DNA of 53,182 nt, the filler included, from Sphacelaria rigidula (taxonomy: Eukaryota), in assembly GCA_964200075.2 (NCBI GenBank). It is 4 parts of 4 records of this genome, joined end to end, with 100 filler letters (N's around TTAATTAATTAA, not from the genome) between each part and the next. Parts side by side here need not be neighbours in the genome. Positions count along the whole stretch, not along the records: positions 1 to 13,224 come from CAXNAA020003056.1; positions 13,325 to 26,545 come from CAXNAA020003057.1; 2 more parts are not named here. The stretch is one strand, 5' to 3'. This document shows, piece by piece, positions 1 through 13,594 of this stretch. The position numbers and the translations under genes were made by a program. Under the pieces are notes generated by a model. That model saw only the letters and a list, made by a program, of their open reading frames with translations. It was not told the DNA's origin and ran no database searches. Within the stretch, counting starts at the first letter, position 1; each line of letters starts with the position of its first letter.

Positions 1-587
1 TGTGGATACGAAGATTTTAATTCTCCGGGCTTCCCATCCCCAATAAAGGATCCATCCCCAATTTGTAAGATCCCGTGTTGAACGCTCTCATCTGTGACGC
101 ACATTCGTTTGTGAGTTTATTGCCCGCTTCCATCTGATATACCTGTCTCCGCAGCAACGCGCCAACCAACACGGCGGGATCTTTGGCTCGTAGCAACGGC
201 GATCGTGTTTTCCTGAGCTGACGCCGCATTTCGCTCAAGCAGGCCTCGTGCGTCTGCGACCACTGTTGCGTATGATCTTCTCTATTCCTGGACAGAAGCC
301 CATCCGCCTGGCAAAGGCGTGTTTATCAGTAGCCAGTGGATGAGATCAAGCCAGTTCAAGTCGCGAGAGTCTCCCTGTGGGAAACGCAGAGTAAAAAGCC
401 TGGAAGTGCGATACGGAGAACCCGTACTTATCATTTATCACGGGTTAGTGAAGCACTTCCATTGCCTCGCCACACATGGGATTGACGGCGGAATACGCTT
501 GGCCCCACCAAAGAGTGCCGTTCATTTTGCAGCGGCGATTCCGTCGCGTGTTGGGTTTCTGCCGGAGTCGGAGGACAAAAAATGCAC

Positions 588-1300
588 GGTCTTGAATCAT
601 GGTGCAGCCTCCATCGGGGGTATGGATATCCATCTCGAATATCCATCTGGAATATCAAATCCATCTGGGATGTCCATCTGGGATGTGAAAATCCCTCGGG
701 GATATCAAACACGCGATGTTACAAATTGGGAAAATACTCTATATTGAGGATGAACCTTGGGAAGCTTCATACGCATCGAAATATTTTCGAAAAAGGAATA
801 CAAATGCACTCTCGAGCCGTGATGTGCGGCCTCGTTCATCTCTACAGAAGAAAAAATACCCGCAATTTGAAATATCCCGTGTTTTTAGTGGATTTAGATA
901 AATAAGAACAGTTTCTGTACCGGAATGACCGGAGGACGACATTGCTCGGTATTAAAAGAAAAAAGGGATTTTTTCAATTTCAGATGCACTTTTTTAGGAT
1001 GAATGAGATCACGCATCACGGGCGGAGAGCGTATTTTTATCTCTCTTTCAAAAATATTTCGATGCCTATAAAGCTTTCCAAGGTCCATCCTCAAAACAAA
1101 CTCCATCCCTAATTTGGAAAACAAACTCCATCCCTAATTTGGAATATCCCGTGTTATCAGCTGATATCCCAGATGGACGCTGATATCTCAGAAGAAAGTC
1201 CCAGACATGATATTCGAACCGGATGTCCGAGGTGGTTACGATACTCCAGCTATACGTTTGAGGTGGATATGATATCCCAGGCAAAGATGACACACGACCA
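588..1300. mobile_element. Degenerate foldback/MITE-like element with long imperfect inverted arms
   Basis: ~722-880 is an imperfect reverse complement of ~960-1140. The ORF track shows mirrored peptides MNLGKLHTHRNIFEK (+) and MDLGKLYRHRNIFER (-). GGATATC/CCATCTGG subrepeats occur in both outer arms. Confidence 0.65.
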
Positions 1301-2474
1301 TTCTAAAGCACCCAAGATTTTTGGTCCGAGGGTGAAATCATTAACTTTACCTATGACGGAGATTATATGTTTATCTCGCGGAGCACGAGGCACACGAATT
1401 TTGGAAGAAATTTGGTAGCCCATGTTCGGAATCCGGACAACGCGATATGTTCTCCTGTGCTTAAATGTGAGCTATTACAGCAAATTGCGGCACATATTGT
1501 GACAGTTCTGTGACAAAACAAGCCATGAGAGCCGTTTCATTGTGGTCTTTTGGATTGAGTAGGATATTTTACTTTTGCAGGCAACGTGTTACAGTGGATA
1601 TTGAGGTAGAAAACGTGCCCCCATGGTCTGTCACAGAACGATCCTGCAGCCAAGCAAGTAGGCCACGTAGCTTGCAGTAGACCTGGTGTAAAAACTGACA
1701 AGACTGACGCGTCAGTAGCATCTTGAAACAGATTATACACTATGGTTTGACATGTCCGTCCCCAGTGACTCGAAACTGATGAGTGTTTCATGAGTCATCG
1801 CAGCGTGGGTTCGACGATGTCGACCACCCACCTTTTCACTCTCCCTCGATTCTGTTTGGAGACGGGATTGTGTCTTATTTTCTATGTTTTTCCACAGCGC
1901 CCATGAACACAATCTGACCTTCGTCTTTTGGTACAAGACTCAGGTGAGCCTCACAGTCATCGTGCATCCTTTGCAAGTCTGTCTCGTGTGGCGCTGCCAC
2001 ATAAAAGAGCCTACCAAGAGTCACTGGGCACTACACCACATTTCAAGCTACATGTGAGGCAAAGGAAAAAATCAACGTTCCATCACTTCAATTTCTCATA
2101 GTTGCAGGAAGGGTAACCAACGACGCGTATCGGAAAACCGAAAGAGCAGGCACCTCGTTGGAGATACCCTTCACTCAATACAAACCCCAGAAGTTTACGG
2201 ACGACAATGATTCAAGAACGTGTTTTCAAAACCTGTCCACCTACTGCTGCTGTTGCTTCGACAAAATGTTAAGCTCCTCCGCCGTATGTGCCTCGACCAA
2301 TCCGTGAACGAGGTGTTGCAACGATTGACGGCCGCGCTACCCTTGCTACCCTTGCGCCAAGGTTGAATGGAGGAAAACCAATTGAACTATTCAGAGAACG
2401 GCGCACTGCTCTTCTTGCCCTGCCCTCTTGGTCCCACAAACCACGTTTCAGGGAGGGAGGGAGGAGGGGGCAGG

Positions 2475-2760
2475 TGTTGTTGTGTTGTCGTCCCATCTAT
2501 TGTGGCCGCCGGTCTACACTTTTTGGTATATGTGGGCGCATCAGTCGGGGTCACACAGGAGGAAGATCAACACAGGAGCTTTCTTTATTTTCAATTTGTT
2601 TTTAGTACCCCACCTTCCTTCTGCGGTGCTTGCCTTTATTTTTTTGTCGCGAGAGGGGTCCAGCAGTCCCTTTCCCTCGTCGACCGTTGAGTAGAAGTTT
2701 GTGTACCCACGACATAGTCGCTCTCCACTGTTGGGCATGGTATGAGAAAAAATCCCAGAT
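2475..2760 (-). repeat. Interspersed SINE-like/LINE 3'-UTR repeat, copy 1
   Basis: Shares GGGTCACA..GGAAG, TTCTGCGGTGCTTGCCT, TCCCTTT..GTCGACC and CACGACAT.TCGCTCTCC with 12510-12770; ends in a CA/CAA-rich tail on the minus strand. Confidence 0.6.
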
Positions 2761-2917
2761 CGCTCCGAGAATTGATGCATCCCAAAAAAGTGCGGCGTAT
2801 TGAATGAAACAACATTACCCCATTCATCGAACCATCTGACATATAAACTGTCGAAAACGCCGTATCACAACCAGTAAATAACCCTTACCGTGTCACGGTA
2901 GAACACAGCATACTCAC

Positions 2918-3637
2918 CTGATAGTAGCGAGGAACACACATGGCCTCCCGAACGACCTTTCGAAGCCTTTCAACGTCATCACCGGTTCTTGCGGCAGGTG
3001 CCGAATGCGGCCGTCGTAATCGTTTTGTGGTGGCCAAAACATTCGAAAAAGAATACGGCCCTTCCGCCTGTACCCCTCGTTCCAGCGGGCTATGCGCCCC
3101 CTCCCCCGGGCTTCCAGAGGCAATCATCATGGTACGCTTAGCCCTCTCGGAAGTCGCAGATATTTCGATGTCTTCTGGTCGCGGTGTCGACAGTAAATGT
3201 CCATGAACCGACCTACAAGTAGTGCGGTCTATTTCAGGGTTACCGTTTTTATGCTGCCTGTTTTGCCGGAGGAGATTGTGTGTCGACGCCGACTCTGCGT
3301 TTGGGGGTTGCAGCTTGTCCGCTAGCGTTATGGCAACTCTGTGTTTGCTTTCAGCCAGGTGAATGGCCGTGGCCCCGTGCCTGCTATTGCCACTGATTCG
3401 GCCACACGCTTTCCGTAACCGCTTGATGTCATCCACGAACTGGGACGACCTTAAAACTGTCTGACATGTATGCGTCCATGGCCGAGAAATGGGAATACCA
3501 ACGGTACAGGGTAGCGAGGCAATACAGTGATGATCGCGTTCTGGATAGCGGAAGTTGACCAGCGACTGGACGCCGCGTGAGAGAAACCTCTCTAATTCAT
3601 GAATAATATCACAGAAAACACGCATTTGATTGCACAA
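2918..3637 (-). CDS. Possible exon(s) of an unknown gene (250-codon open frame ending at a strong donor)
   Basis: Open frame 3637-2885 with CAG|GTGAGT donor at 2918/2917; no recognisable domain. Confidence 0.25.
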
Positions 3638-6600
3638 ACCACGCGGTGCTTCGTATCACGAAGTATACGAGAACTTCACGTACATCACATTACCTGCAAT
3701 CGATGAGTCGTGAAAAGATATAGAGGCCATAGTTTTGGCAATTTATTGCATTTCTTCGACGCCGCTGTGACTCCTTCAGTCTCCGAACTGTGCCCCTCAC
3801 ATATTTCTCGGGACGATAATTTTGGTCACCATGTGCATCAGGGAGTAACAACCTCAGAATCATTCCTCATCAAGACGCTATATAACCGTACGTACGCTCC
3901 AACATTCCCAACAGGGTGGATTTCCATTTTGCAATATTTCCCACCCCGTCCATCGTCCAACAACCCACATCTCCCTAAAGGCTTTGCTTGCTCAAACCAG
4001 TGCTCCAAGCAGTTCTGCTTCAATAGATACAGATGCGTATGACTGAATAGCCAATCAACCTCAGACGCTTCAGGAGGTTTTCACGCGCAGTCGATACGCC
4101 ATTCGTTTAAGGCACACCAATGCACGTGGCGAGGCCAAAGCCCCGCACATGAAAGTCATTGAGCGATCGAAAACACGATGGAAGCCCATCGTCTGTACGG
4201 TCATTGTTTACGGTGCAATACACAAATGAAGTGGCCTCCGATGAAATCTCAACGATAAAGGCGCTTTATTGCCGACGTTTTCCAGCATCAATACCACTCC
4301 CGCGAACCCCGCTACTCGCTCGACATCGACAGCAATACTTGACGGCACGCACCTCTGCTAAGCGACTGTGCAAGTAAGAACACTTCCGTCTCGCCGCCTC
4401 CTCCTCTCTTTCATTTCCACCACCTTTACGCCGCCATCGACTATGACTAAACACTTTCGCAAAACCAATTTTAGGTACCCCAATCGATCGCTTGGGTCGC
4501 TCGTGCTTTCCCGCCTTGCGACCACCACCCCCAGCAGAATAGTGCACACCACCCAATGCAATTCCCTCTCTTCCCTTATCCGTCCTTCTCTCCCCCACGC
4601 CCCAGCTTACTGTGGATGGCCTTTCCCGCTGCACATTTTGAAGCCGGTATTTGTATGTAATCGGCGGAGCCCGGCCGGAAGGGGGTGCCGACTGCGGACG
4701 GAATCGGAGTGCTTCCCGTTCGTGTCCATCTTGTGTCCCGAGCCCGGCGGTTTTTCTCCAAGGCCGGGTCAGTATGTCGTCGATGGTCACGTGTATCGAC
4801 GGTCGTGCCCGAGACACGACCCTTATGTTCCCCTGAATTTTCGATCCCGAATCTATTTTGTTTTCGCCGCGAAGATACATCTCTCTCTGAGTGTACATTC
4901 ATTACATACAGAAAGTAGGGTCTCCTAGTTATCCGGTAAAAACAATTACCCCACCACGAACAACGCGTGCTGGTGGATTCTTAGCTGCACTGGTGACGGC
5001 CGCAACCGTGGAACGTGGAGCTTCTCCAAGCTTGGAACTGTTCTACTCTGTTGTGACGCTCCTCCGTCCAGGCTGGAGTCCAATATTCACCTGCCGTGGG
5101 CTCACACTTCCGGCATCCCCGCCACTCTGGACGGCTCCCGATTCTCCTTGCTTCTTGATGGTGGGCGATGGTCTCCACGCCTCAGAGTCCAATAACAATG
5201 GCTTGATAGTCAATACACCACGGCGTACGACTGACGTTTTCTGCGAATCAAGTGCACGACCAGTGGGCGACCGTGTCAATGATGAATGATAATCATGGCA
5301 CCAGCAAAGTATTCGTAGTCGCGGTATACATGCGTAGCCAGCAAATCACAACGACATGTCACTTCGGAGGGGTGCATCACCCCGTACGAGTCCCGTAGAC
5401 CCCTTACACGCACCGGGGTGCGGAACGCCGTGCATTCGCTTGTCTAGACAACGATGATGACTGAGGTTGGTGACCCCAGAGTGTCGGTCAGTCGACAACA
5501 TCGCCACGAGACGTTTCCGACGACGACCATCTCGCGGTCGGGGCCACTGTACCGTAGCTGTTGAGATTAGTGCGTGTGGATACACCGTACGTTCTGCGGT
5601 TTCTCTCATTCGGTGCGTCATGAGGTTTCGTTGCGCTCATTTTGGAGAACATCATGCAAAATTTCTGTCAGTGTATCATAGCTGTTGAGCTGCGTGAAGG
5701 AACCGGTTCGATGCCATCGTGATGAAGATAAATCTGCTCTCGAAGACCGTCTTGCTTCCAACAACACGTACTGATCGGTGTATGCGTACAAGTCGGCATA
5801 CCACAGCCCAGAGAACTTTCACGCTCCATGATGATGAGACGATATCTTGCCGATCGGTACCTTGCGTGCAGCTTCCTCGCGAGCTTTGGACACAGCCTTG
5901 TCGCTTGCCAGAGCCTTGCGGGTGTGGAAGGTTATTGGAGGGCTTTGCACGGCAGAATGTACCGTCACCTGAAGCTCGACGATGTCGTTGCGGTTAACCT
6001 GGCCGCGTATGATACATGAAATGTTGAAAATTCGAACGAAACGGAAAACGTGAGTGACGTGTAAACTCCCGTTGGAAGGATTGGCAGTTGCCTACCAAAG
6101 GATTCTATGTCTAATCGGTCGACTCATTAACTGAATGTCGAACATCACCCGATTGGTGACGAACCCACACGCGGTCAGAAACAGACGTATCAAGAGTACA
6201 TGATCGGAAACGTTAGCTGAAGGAAAGTCTAGAGAGGGGAGCTGTGAAGACGACAGAAGAAATATCACATTCAGAGGATATCAAAAATGAGAAAAATGAA
6301 TAGGGAAAGGAAGGGGAAGGAAATGACAAGGGAAACGATAGTCATTTGCACGCAACTAGTCACTGATCACAATCGTACGGGCTGTGGCCCCTTTCTTGGA
6401 TGTGATTTACAACCGCGTTTGTCTTCGCATCGTCACGCCTCCCCGAACTTCCCCGTTTCTTTCTCAAGTACATGGTGCCGGTTGCATACGTTATTGGCGA
6501 TAGTTACCCAACCTCATACTATGACAAATACAGTTCCTCCGTTCTCCCTCAAGTGGGGTAGCCTCTAATGGACGAAGGCTCTGCTCGAGGCGGTTCCCCT

Positions 6601-6955
6601 AAGTGTTTGGAAGGAAGGTCAGGCGGCCTCTTCGGATCGTTGTGCCACCAACAGTCCGAACACCATACGCTTCGGGAGGCGTATTTCGACCTGTCGGCAA
6701 CAGCCGCCTGCGAGCCAAAGTTGACGCTTGTAAGTGGTCCTTTCGATATGCTCGTATTTGTTCATCTCCCGCACACCTTTATTATTGGTTGATGGATTGA
6801 TCGGTTGATTGATTATCTCGCATCAGCTGATTGCAACAATCCGGCCCGTGGTCAGGAGCAGCAAAAAAAAGAGCAGAATAAGAAATAAGTAAAGGAACAG
6901 AAAAAGACAGAGGCAACAGCCACAGAAAGGAAAGAATAAAGGAAGCAGCGACAAT

Positions 6956-6957
<2 letters not shown>

Positions 6958-7008
<51 letters not shown>

Positions 7009-7009
7009 C

Positions 7010-7104
<95 letters not shown>
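6958..7104. repeat. Compound (CAG)n(CAA)n microsatellite, probable LINE 3' tail
   Basis: ~15 CAG then ~32 CAA units, directly downstream (minus strand) of the RTE LINE 3' region. Confidence 0.95.
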
Positions 7105-8440
7105 ACAACACAACGAGATGATTATCTCGCATTACGTAGCTGCTTGCAACACTCCAGCTCGTGATCAGAAGCAGAAAGAAAATGGAGAAAAATGACAGAA
7201 ATGAAAAAATAGAAGATCAAAACGTAAAGAAAGGAACACAAGAGACAAAAAGACAGAGCTAGGCTCATTTCCGGGGGGGGGGGGTGTACTCATGATCATG
7301 CATGCCATAGTCCCAAGACCATTGACCTCGCGGACCTCGAGCGGAGGGGGGGGGTGCACAGACAAAACAAAAAACAGCCAAGAAACCACCAGGAACAAGA
7401 GGTGAACAAATCAGAGATAGGAACCAAACACAATGCTCTACGTATCTGGCGTAGGCCATGACGTGGTGTTGGTACTGTCGGTCCCAGGTGCTGTCGGTGC
7501 ATCTTGGCCTGCAGCTTTCGCGTGCTGTATCGCTGCCTGTGCGTCATCCTTTTGGCACCAGTCCGCCATAAACCTTTCTGCTCCCCGTTCAACACAGCTG
7601 TGCCACTCTATTGCATTTAAGGCTCTGGTAGTCCATCCCTGCCATTCGATACCGAACACCTTCATGATTTCCGCTACGCAGCGGATCCAGTCCTTGCGCC
7701 TGCCGTTAAGCTCTCTTTGTTGCCCCTTTGCAGCTTTAATTTCACCGAACATGACTTGTTTCGGTATCCGTCCGGGTGACATGCGCGTGACGAAACCGGC
7801 GAAGTGGGGTCTCCTCTTCCTCACCGTCGTTTCGATGCTTTCGCACCCTGTCCTCGCGAGGGTCTCTCGGAATGACAGAACGTGGCCTGTGCTATTGTGC
7901 TTGTGCCATCCAAGACAGCGCCTGAGCAACGCATGGTGGGCCGTGCGTAGTAGCTTGTAGTGGGCGTTGAGAGGGGTCCATGTGACGCACCCGTACAGGA
8001 GCGCCTCGACAGTTTCGGCTTTGATCATGCGGGCCTTGAGGTGGACGGCCGCGCTCGGTCGAAGTAGAGCTGGACTTTGTACTGGTGGTAGTTCGCCCAT
8101 GCCCGTTGTACGCGCTTTTTTATTTCTCGGAGAGATCGCCGCTCTCCGTGATTGACTCTCCAAGGTGTACAAAGTCGTTCGTTTGTTTGTATACTTAGCC
8201 GACCGCGTTGGTGTCGATGTGCCCCGCCTGTGAGTGCAGTCGCATGGTCTTCGTCTTTGCTTTCGATACGGTCAAGCCGAATTCTTCGCAGATTGTCACA
8301 ATCACCGTCATCATCTTCTCGAGGCTCGATGATGTCCGCGAGACGATGCTGGTGTCATCGGCGTACAGACACCTTTATGAGAAAGAGCCTTACGTCCACT
8401 ACGATTCTTCCTGCGATACTCAACTGCTCGCTGTAAAAGC
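7105..8440 (-). mobile_element. 5'-truncated RTE-clade non-LTR retrotransposon (RT C-terminal half plus 3' region), decayed
   Basis: YADD at 8365-8354 (LYADDTSIVSRTSSSLEKMMTVIVTICEEFGLTVSKAKTK), then FVHLG-ESI, LLYGCVTWT, LRRCLG, RIPKQVMFGE and RRKDW motifs typical of the RTE ORF C-terminus; frameshifts present. Confidence 0.9.
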
Positions 8441-8539
8441 TTAGATATGCGACTTGGTAACTCGCCATTTATGGATGAAACAGAGGGGCCTTGGTAACTT
8501 TTGGAGACCCTGTTCCACTTTCACAGTACTTTATTATTT

Positions 8540-9660
8540 GAACCTCTGGCGAGAGACTGGGAGAGTGAAGGAACGCCACTATCAAGGTGCTACACAAGAA
8601 GGGTAAGACAGCAGTGCGGGAACTATAGGGGCATCTCCCTCGTACCAGTAGAGGGAAAAGTATCCCCCAAATCGTAATACTGGTGAAGTTCTCTCCCAGA
8701 TCTTAACCAACGGGCTTCTCTTTCATTTCTGCGAGGCGTAAGGGATTTTCTAGCAAAACCCGTGCAGATTCTGGCGCAAGCAGTCGACCGCAGATATGAC
8801 GTTGGTGGTACGCGGGCTGTAGGAGTTGAAGTGCGTGGGGAAATATCCCTCTGGACATGCGCTTCACCGACGTGAGGAAGGGATACGCCTCTGGTGATCA
8901 CACGCTCTTGTGGGAAGTGCTGTCCCGTTTCGTAGTCTAACCGTAGGTGATTGAAATCATTGCATATCTCTTGGTGCCTGAATGATCGCGAGCTATCAGG
9001 ATGGTTTTACGTCTACCAGGGACTGAGGTGGATATGCGTTTCGTCCCCGCTGCGATTCAATACCTGTGGTACAGCTTTGATCGGTCGATGTGAAAATACA
9101 GCGTTTCATGGCAGACCCGGCCATCATCTTAGACTTGATATATCTAGGCGATGCGCCAAAACATGAGTGCGGTGACCTCAGGGAAGAGACGTCGTTGGAG
9201 AGGATGCGGTGCGCATGGTTGACAAGGCTGTACGCGAATGATGTAGGCATAACCTCCATGTCCCCACGCGGCCTTACTAAAGCGATGGCTGTGATAGTGG
9301 TGGTGTTCCTGGTCTTCGGACAAGCGATATCGGAGAAAAAGCCGGAGAAACTTCATGCGCCTGTGGTCAGCGTCCAGCTTCCCAGAGATTGCGCTATACA
9401 TCAAAGTGGCAGTCAAGCAGACGGCCGAATTTTTCAACCTTGGTGGCACTATCAGCGCAGGTACGGATATTTCAGTCGGAATCAAGCGCTGCATTGCCAC
9501 ATGTGAGCACGCCTCGAAACGTACAACTCCCAACTCCGCGATCAGCCCAACGCCCAGCTTCGTCTCAAAATCCGACCACTCAAAAAGGAGGCGGTGCGAG
9601 CTATTTTGTGTGGATGTGATACATGGACGCCGCGCGCAGAGGAGTTTGAGAGTCTGCGCT
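8540..9660 (+). mobile_element. Second RTE-clade LINE reverse-transcriptase relic
   Basis: ATIKVLHKK, YRGISLV, LLWEVLSRF, QGLR..SPL.FN, degenerate YADD (YAND, 9231-9242) and FFNLGG motifs across frames; many lesions. Confidence 0.85.
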
Positions 9661-10472
9661 CTTGACGGCAGTAGATCAAAGGTTTTGATTATGTTTCATT
9701 CAGCAACATAGAGGCGTATATTTTCCATCTATGGCAAATAGGACACTTGTGCCGTAAAAGGTTTTCGTTTTTATCTTTACCGTGGTGCTTGCTCTCTGGA
9801 TTTCCTCCCGCCATCCCCCACTCTTCTTTCAGATGTCGGCACCCGCCCCTCATCTCCCCATGTCCTCCGCTTCCTCCGCATACACATCCAGCAACATTTC
9901 AGATCCAACTTTCATTACCTCTTCAACCCACCCTGCGGGATTACCTCACGGCTTTATTCGTAATGCAATCTCACCCACTTCAGCTCATTCTGGGTCTCTT
10001 TGAACTTGGCTCAGCTTACAGCAAACTCAAACCGCACCCTTGTACATGGCGCTGTCGTTTACAGGTTATCCCTACTTTGTCCCGCTGACGATAAACTGTA
10101 TCAATTACTTGCGTCCGTCGGTTTCAGGCGATATGTTATTGTTCGCCCATCTATGAATTTGCGTCCGGTGGGGGTTCGTCAGTGTATAGTTACTTGTCTC
10201 AGCATATACGCTACCCCTTGACTATTTATTATGGAGAGATACGGGGACAATGGCCTCTTGACTAGGGCAAAGCCCCGCGGTACATCACACAGAGCTGACT
10301 TATTCCTCGCAGAACATGTTTTCAGAGCTGGTTGAGACTACATCGAAACCCGCTTTTCCAACAGAGGTTCACTCTACAACGTCTGAAGCGATGCATCGGC
10401 GTCCACATGACCATGAGTAACGATTTCTTCACGTACTCGGTATCAAATTCAGATTTTCATTCCCCACAGGTA

Positions 10473-10680
10473 GGTTTTGGTTTCCTCTAGAGGAATGAAA
10501 CGCCTCCGGGGGCTTGTTTTTGCCTCGGACAGCCGCATATCCCTCTGGAGGCATTTCGCTACCCACGAACTCCGCCCTCCAGTGCGGTAGTTTTTAGTTC
10601 CCTCCAAAGGGATGAAAGGCCTCCGGAGATTTTTTTTGCCTCCGTAGGGCCGGCATCCCTCCGGAGGCATTTCGTGGGGA
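10473..10680. repeat. Imperfect tandem duplication, ~115-bp period
   Basis: TTCC..A..GG.ATGAAA.GCCTCCGG...TTTTTGCCTC...ATCCCTC.GGAGGCATTTCG occurs twice. Confidence 0.7.
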
Positions 10681-12456
10681 TAGCCAAATGGCCGCGTGTG
10701 CGTGGATCCCCTCCTTCGTCTCTCCAGACACGATATTAACGGCGAACTCTTCAGCCAGTGCACCCCGACCAAGCTATACAATATCCTGACTCATGAGTCG
10801 AACATGCTATGTCTAACTTGTCGATCCTTCTGGCGCAGCTACAGCAACGTCTGCAGAATTAACGAATCGACATTATTCGGTACTGCTTTTTGTGGTTACC
10901 TACCGCCGAAAAGTAGTTGACAGTTGCGTAGACATTCACTGCATGACGTCAAATTGAGAAATAAATACCGCGACTATTTCCACGGGGGAGTACTCCATCA
11001 TTTCTATGATATTGACTAATGCATCCTTCATCCAGGGGGATAATTGAAGGAAACTAGGACAGTCTCCAGTTGGAAAAAATCACCGCCCGATCTTCACCGA
11101 TATTATGTGAAACACGTCATCTGTAGCGCACTAGATGGGCCTAACTCACGGGATAACAGGTGGGACTTGAGGTTTTTGCTGTGTAATCTTCAACACGGTG
11201 CTGCATTTGCAATGCGGCAATTATATGCTCACCCTGTACGGATTGATGTTTTGGGGGTCAACCGCCGATGCGTAAGGAATGGGTTCCTCCCAACCCTTGG
11301 GGAGAGCTGATACGGTCTCGCCCAGAACCACTTGATGTCGCGATAAAACCTGGACCTGCGCGAGTTCATGTTTTTCCACATGTACTGGCGTTATTTCCAT
11401 TGCATTCGTAGCTCAACGGACTTTCTTACAACGGTGAGATCCCCAGTGTTTGGTGAAATGCACGGGAGAGAGATGTGTGCGAGATCGCGCGTCAGCGTTG
11501 CTCTTCCAGACCTGATACAGCGCCACCTGTGATCATGCGACGTTACGTACTAGAAAGCGCCCCCCCCCCCCCTCCCCATTCCATTCCTACAGGCATGAGA
11601 CAATATATTTGGCGTAGTACAGAAGAGGAAATCCGTAAGCGTGCAACGGAAACATGCGAATTTGCTGCCAGCAGCAAAATCACGTCAGCATAATACCCCC
11701 TTGCGAGCTTTCAACAATTAGTAACGACTCTGTCAGCTGAGACTACCGCATACTGTGTTGTCTGTGTCATGTTCTTTTAGTTCAATAACACGTGCTTTTC
11801 AATTTAAGCTTCGCGGTAAGCACGCAGCGCATCGTTTGCAAAGATAGTGACTGTAACAGTACTATCTAGTTATGGTGGGTACAAGATTCGCAACACCTCG
11901 TACCTTCTTGTGCAGTTGACAGCCTCGAGGTTGTTGGCAATCTCTCCCCAATCTACCTTTCATGTCCAAAACCACAATAGCTCTCCCTCAAAAGCACCTA
12001 CTATCTACGATACCTTGAGCGTGAAAATTGCTTACGATCTTGCGGTGGGCCAGGTGGATTCGGCAGGGTAGCTCTGAATGCCTCAGTCTTGTGTATCCAT
12101 ACCGTTTCCACCCCACGTGTGGTAGTTGAGGACTCCGTTTTTCGTGTTCGAGGGGTTAGCCCGCATTCCACGCCAACCGGCAGAGGATACCCCGCATCAC
12201 CTCGAACCAGCGACGGTTGACCCGCACCTCGACGATAATCAGGTACGGTCGAGTTCATGAAAAGTAATGCGCGACAAGGCTATGTTATGAAGAATACAGG
12301 TAAGACCAGAGAGTCCTCTTTTTGTGATTCGAAAGTTGTAGCAACAGCAAATTGTGAGAACATTGAACATTGATTGACAAAAATTCATGAGATCTCGAAG
12401 CCTCCGCTTCGAGAACATACAAAACACCTCTTGGTTTTTCCGCGCGAAGCTTGGGA

Positions 12457-12457
<1 letters not shown>

Positions 12458-12501
<44 letters not shown>

Positions 12502-12512
12502 CGCGCGTGTGT
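12458..12512. repeat. (GT)n(GC)n microsatellite
   Basis: Seen directly. Confidence 0.95.
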
Positions 12513-12770
12513 TGTCATCCCATGCATCGATAGTCTATTCCGGACGCCAGTCCACACCTTTCGGTACATGCGGGCGCCTCAGCCAGGGTCACAAAGGAAG
12601 GCCAACACAGAGTGGTCATTTACTTTGTTCTAGCTCTCCACCTTTGTTCTGCGGTGCTTGCCTCACTTTTTATCGCTGGAATACGGGTTCAGCAATCCCT
12701 TTTCCTTGTCGACCAGTCGAGCGTTGAACTTGGTGAGCAGTACTCACGACATGTTCGCTCTCCGCATGAT
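12510..12770 (-). repeat. Interspersed SINE-like/LINE 3'-UTR repeat, copy 2
   Basis: Diverged copy of 2475-2760, directly abutting a (GT)n(GC)n tract that would be its (CA)n tail. Confidence 0.6.
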
Positions 12771-13224
12771 GTTGGAAGGTCTCGAGGTTACCAACTGAGC
12801 TCTTGGGGTGACCGACTCCAGGGTTTAGGATCCGAAATCAGGAGCGGATAATAATCGATCAATCGAAGTCCTTGAAATTACTGTACAGTCCCTGACTGGT
12901 GGTGCAGTTCATCACAGTATCACGAGCTAAATTGGGGAACGGCGAATTTTCCGTACTAAAACTTCATCAAAAAGACTGAGAAAAACATAGTCAAACCTGC
13001 AGCACAGGGAGAAGGCACGGGCTTTCAATGCACGATGATAATTTTCAAAATTTCGGATTACAACGGTTGAGCAAGGGTCTGTCGAAAAATATTCCGGTGC
13101 ACGTAGGCCCCAAGATCGAAAATTCGAGTTTTCGAAGGGGGGGGGGTGGGGGGGGGGGAAGGGACAACCACCCTGCTGTCCCCAGATTGGGAGAGGGGCG
13201 GGGAGGGGAAGGGTGTAGGTGTCG

Positions 13225-13324
13225 NNNNNNNNNNNNNNNNNNNNNNNNNNNNNNNNNNNNNNNNNNNNTTAATTAATTAANNNNNNNNNNNNNNNNNNNN
13301 NNNNNNNNNNNNNNNNNNNNNNNN
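13225..13324. other. Artificial contig-joining linker N44-TTAATTAATTAA-N44
   Basis: Exactly 100 bp; the 12-mer has stop codons in all six frames; identical structure at all three junctions. Confidence 0.97.
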
Positions 13325-13594
13325 GGGATGCGAGGTCAATGGTCTTATGACTATGGCATGCATGATCATGAGTACACCCCCCCTCGTCCGTTGACAGAAT
13401 ATAGGTATACTTGCTGGTGAGAAAGAGGCCAGCCCCTAATTTTCTAGTTGGGCTGACGTCTCTCAGGGGCAGGTTGTTGTTGAAGTAAGTTGAACTTCCG
13501 CGTAATTTCAGTGGGTGCTCCTTTACATGAATGAATATATTGATCATGAGTACACCCCCCCTCCCGTTGGGAAACAAAAATCCAACCCGCACAC

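Noticed and set aside
4266..6020. Several overlapping 100-210-aa ORFs, possibly a gypsy relic
   Set aside because: No convincing RT, RNase H or integrase motif; overlapping ORFs are expected in GC-rich DNA
6782..7132. Poly-Val/Ala, poly-Leu or poly-Gln ORFs
   Set aside because: Simple translations of the microsatellite
10880..11720. Possible copia RNase H remnant (YAD-like on the minus strand near 11690)
   Set aside because: Too degenerate to support by eye
13269..13280. TTAATTAATTAA as a biological (PacI-like or regulatory) site
   Set aside because: Centred in N-runs at all three joins; it is an assembly spacer
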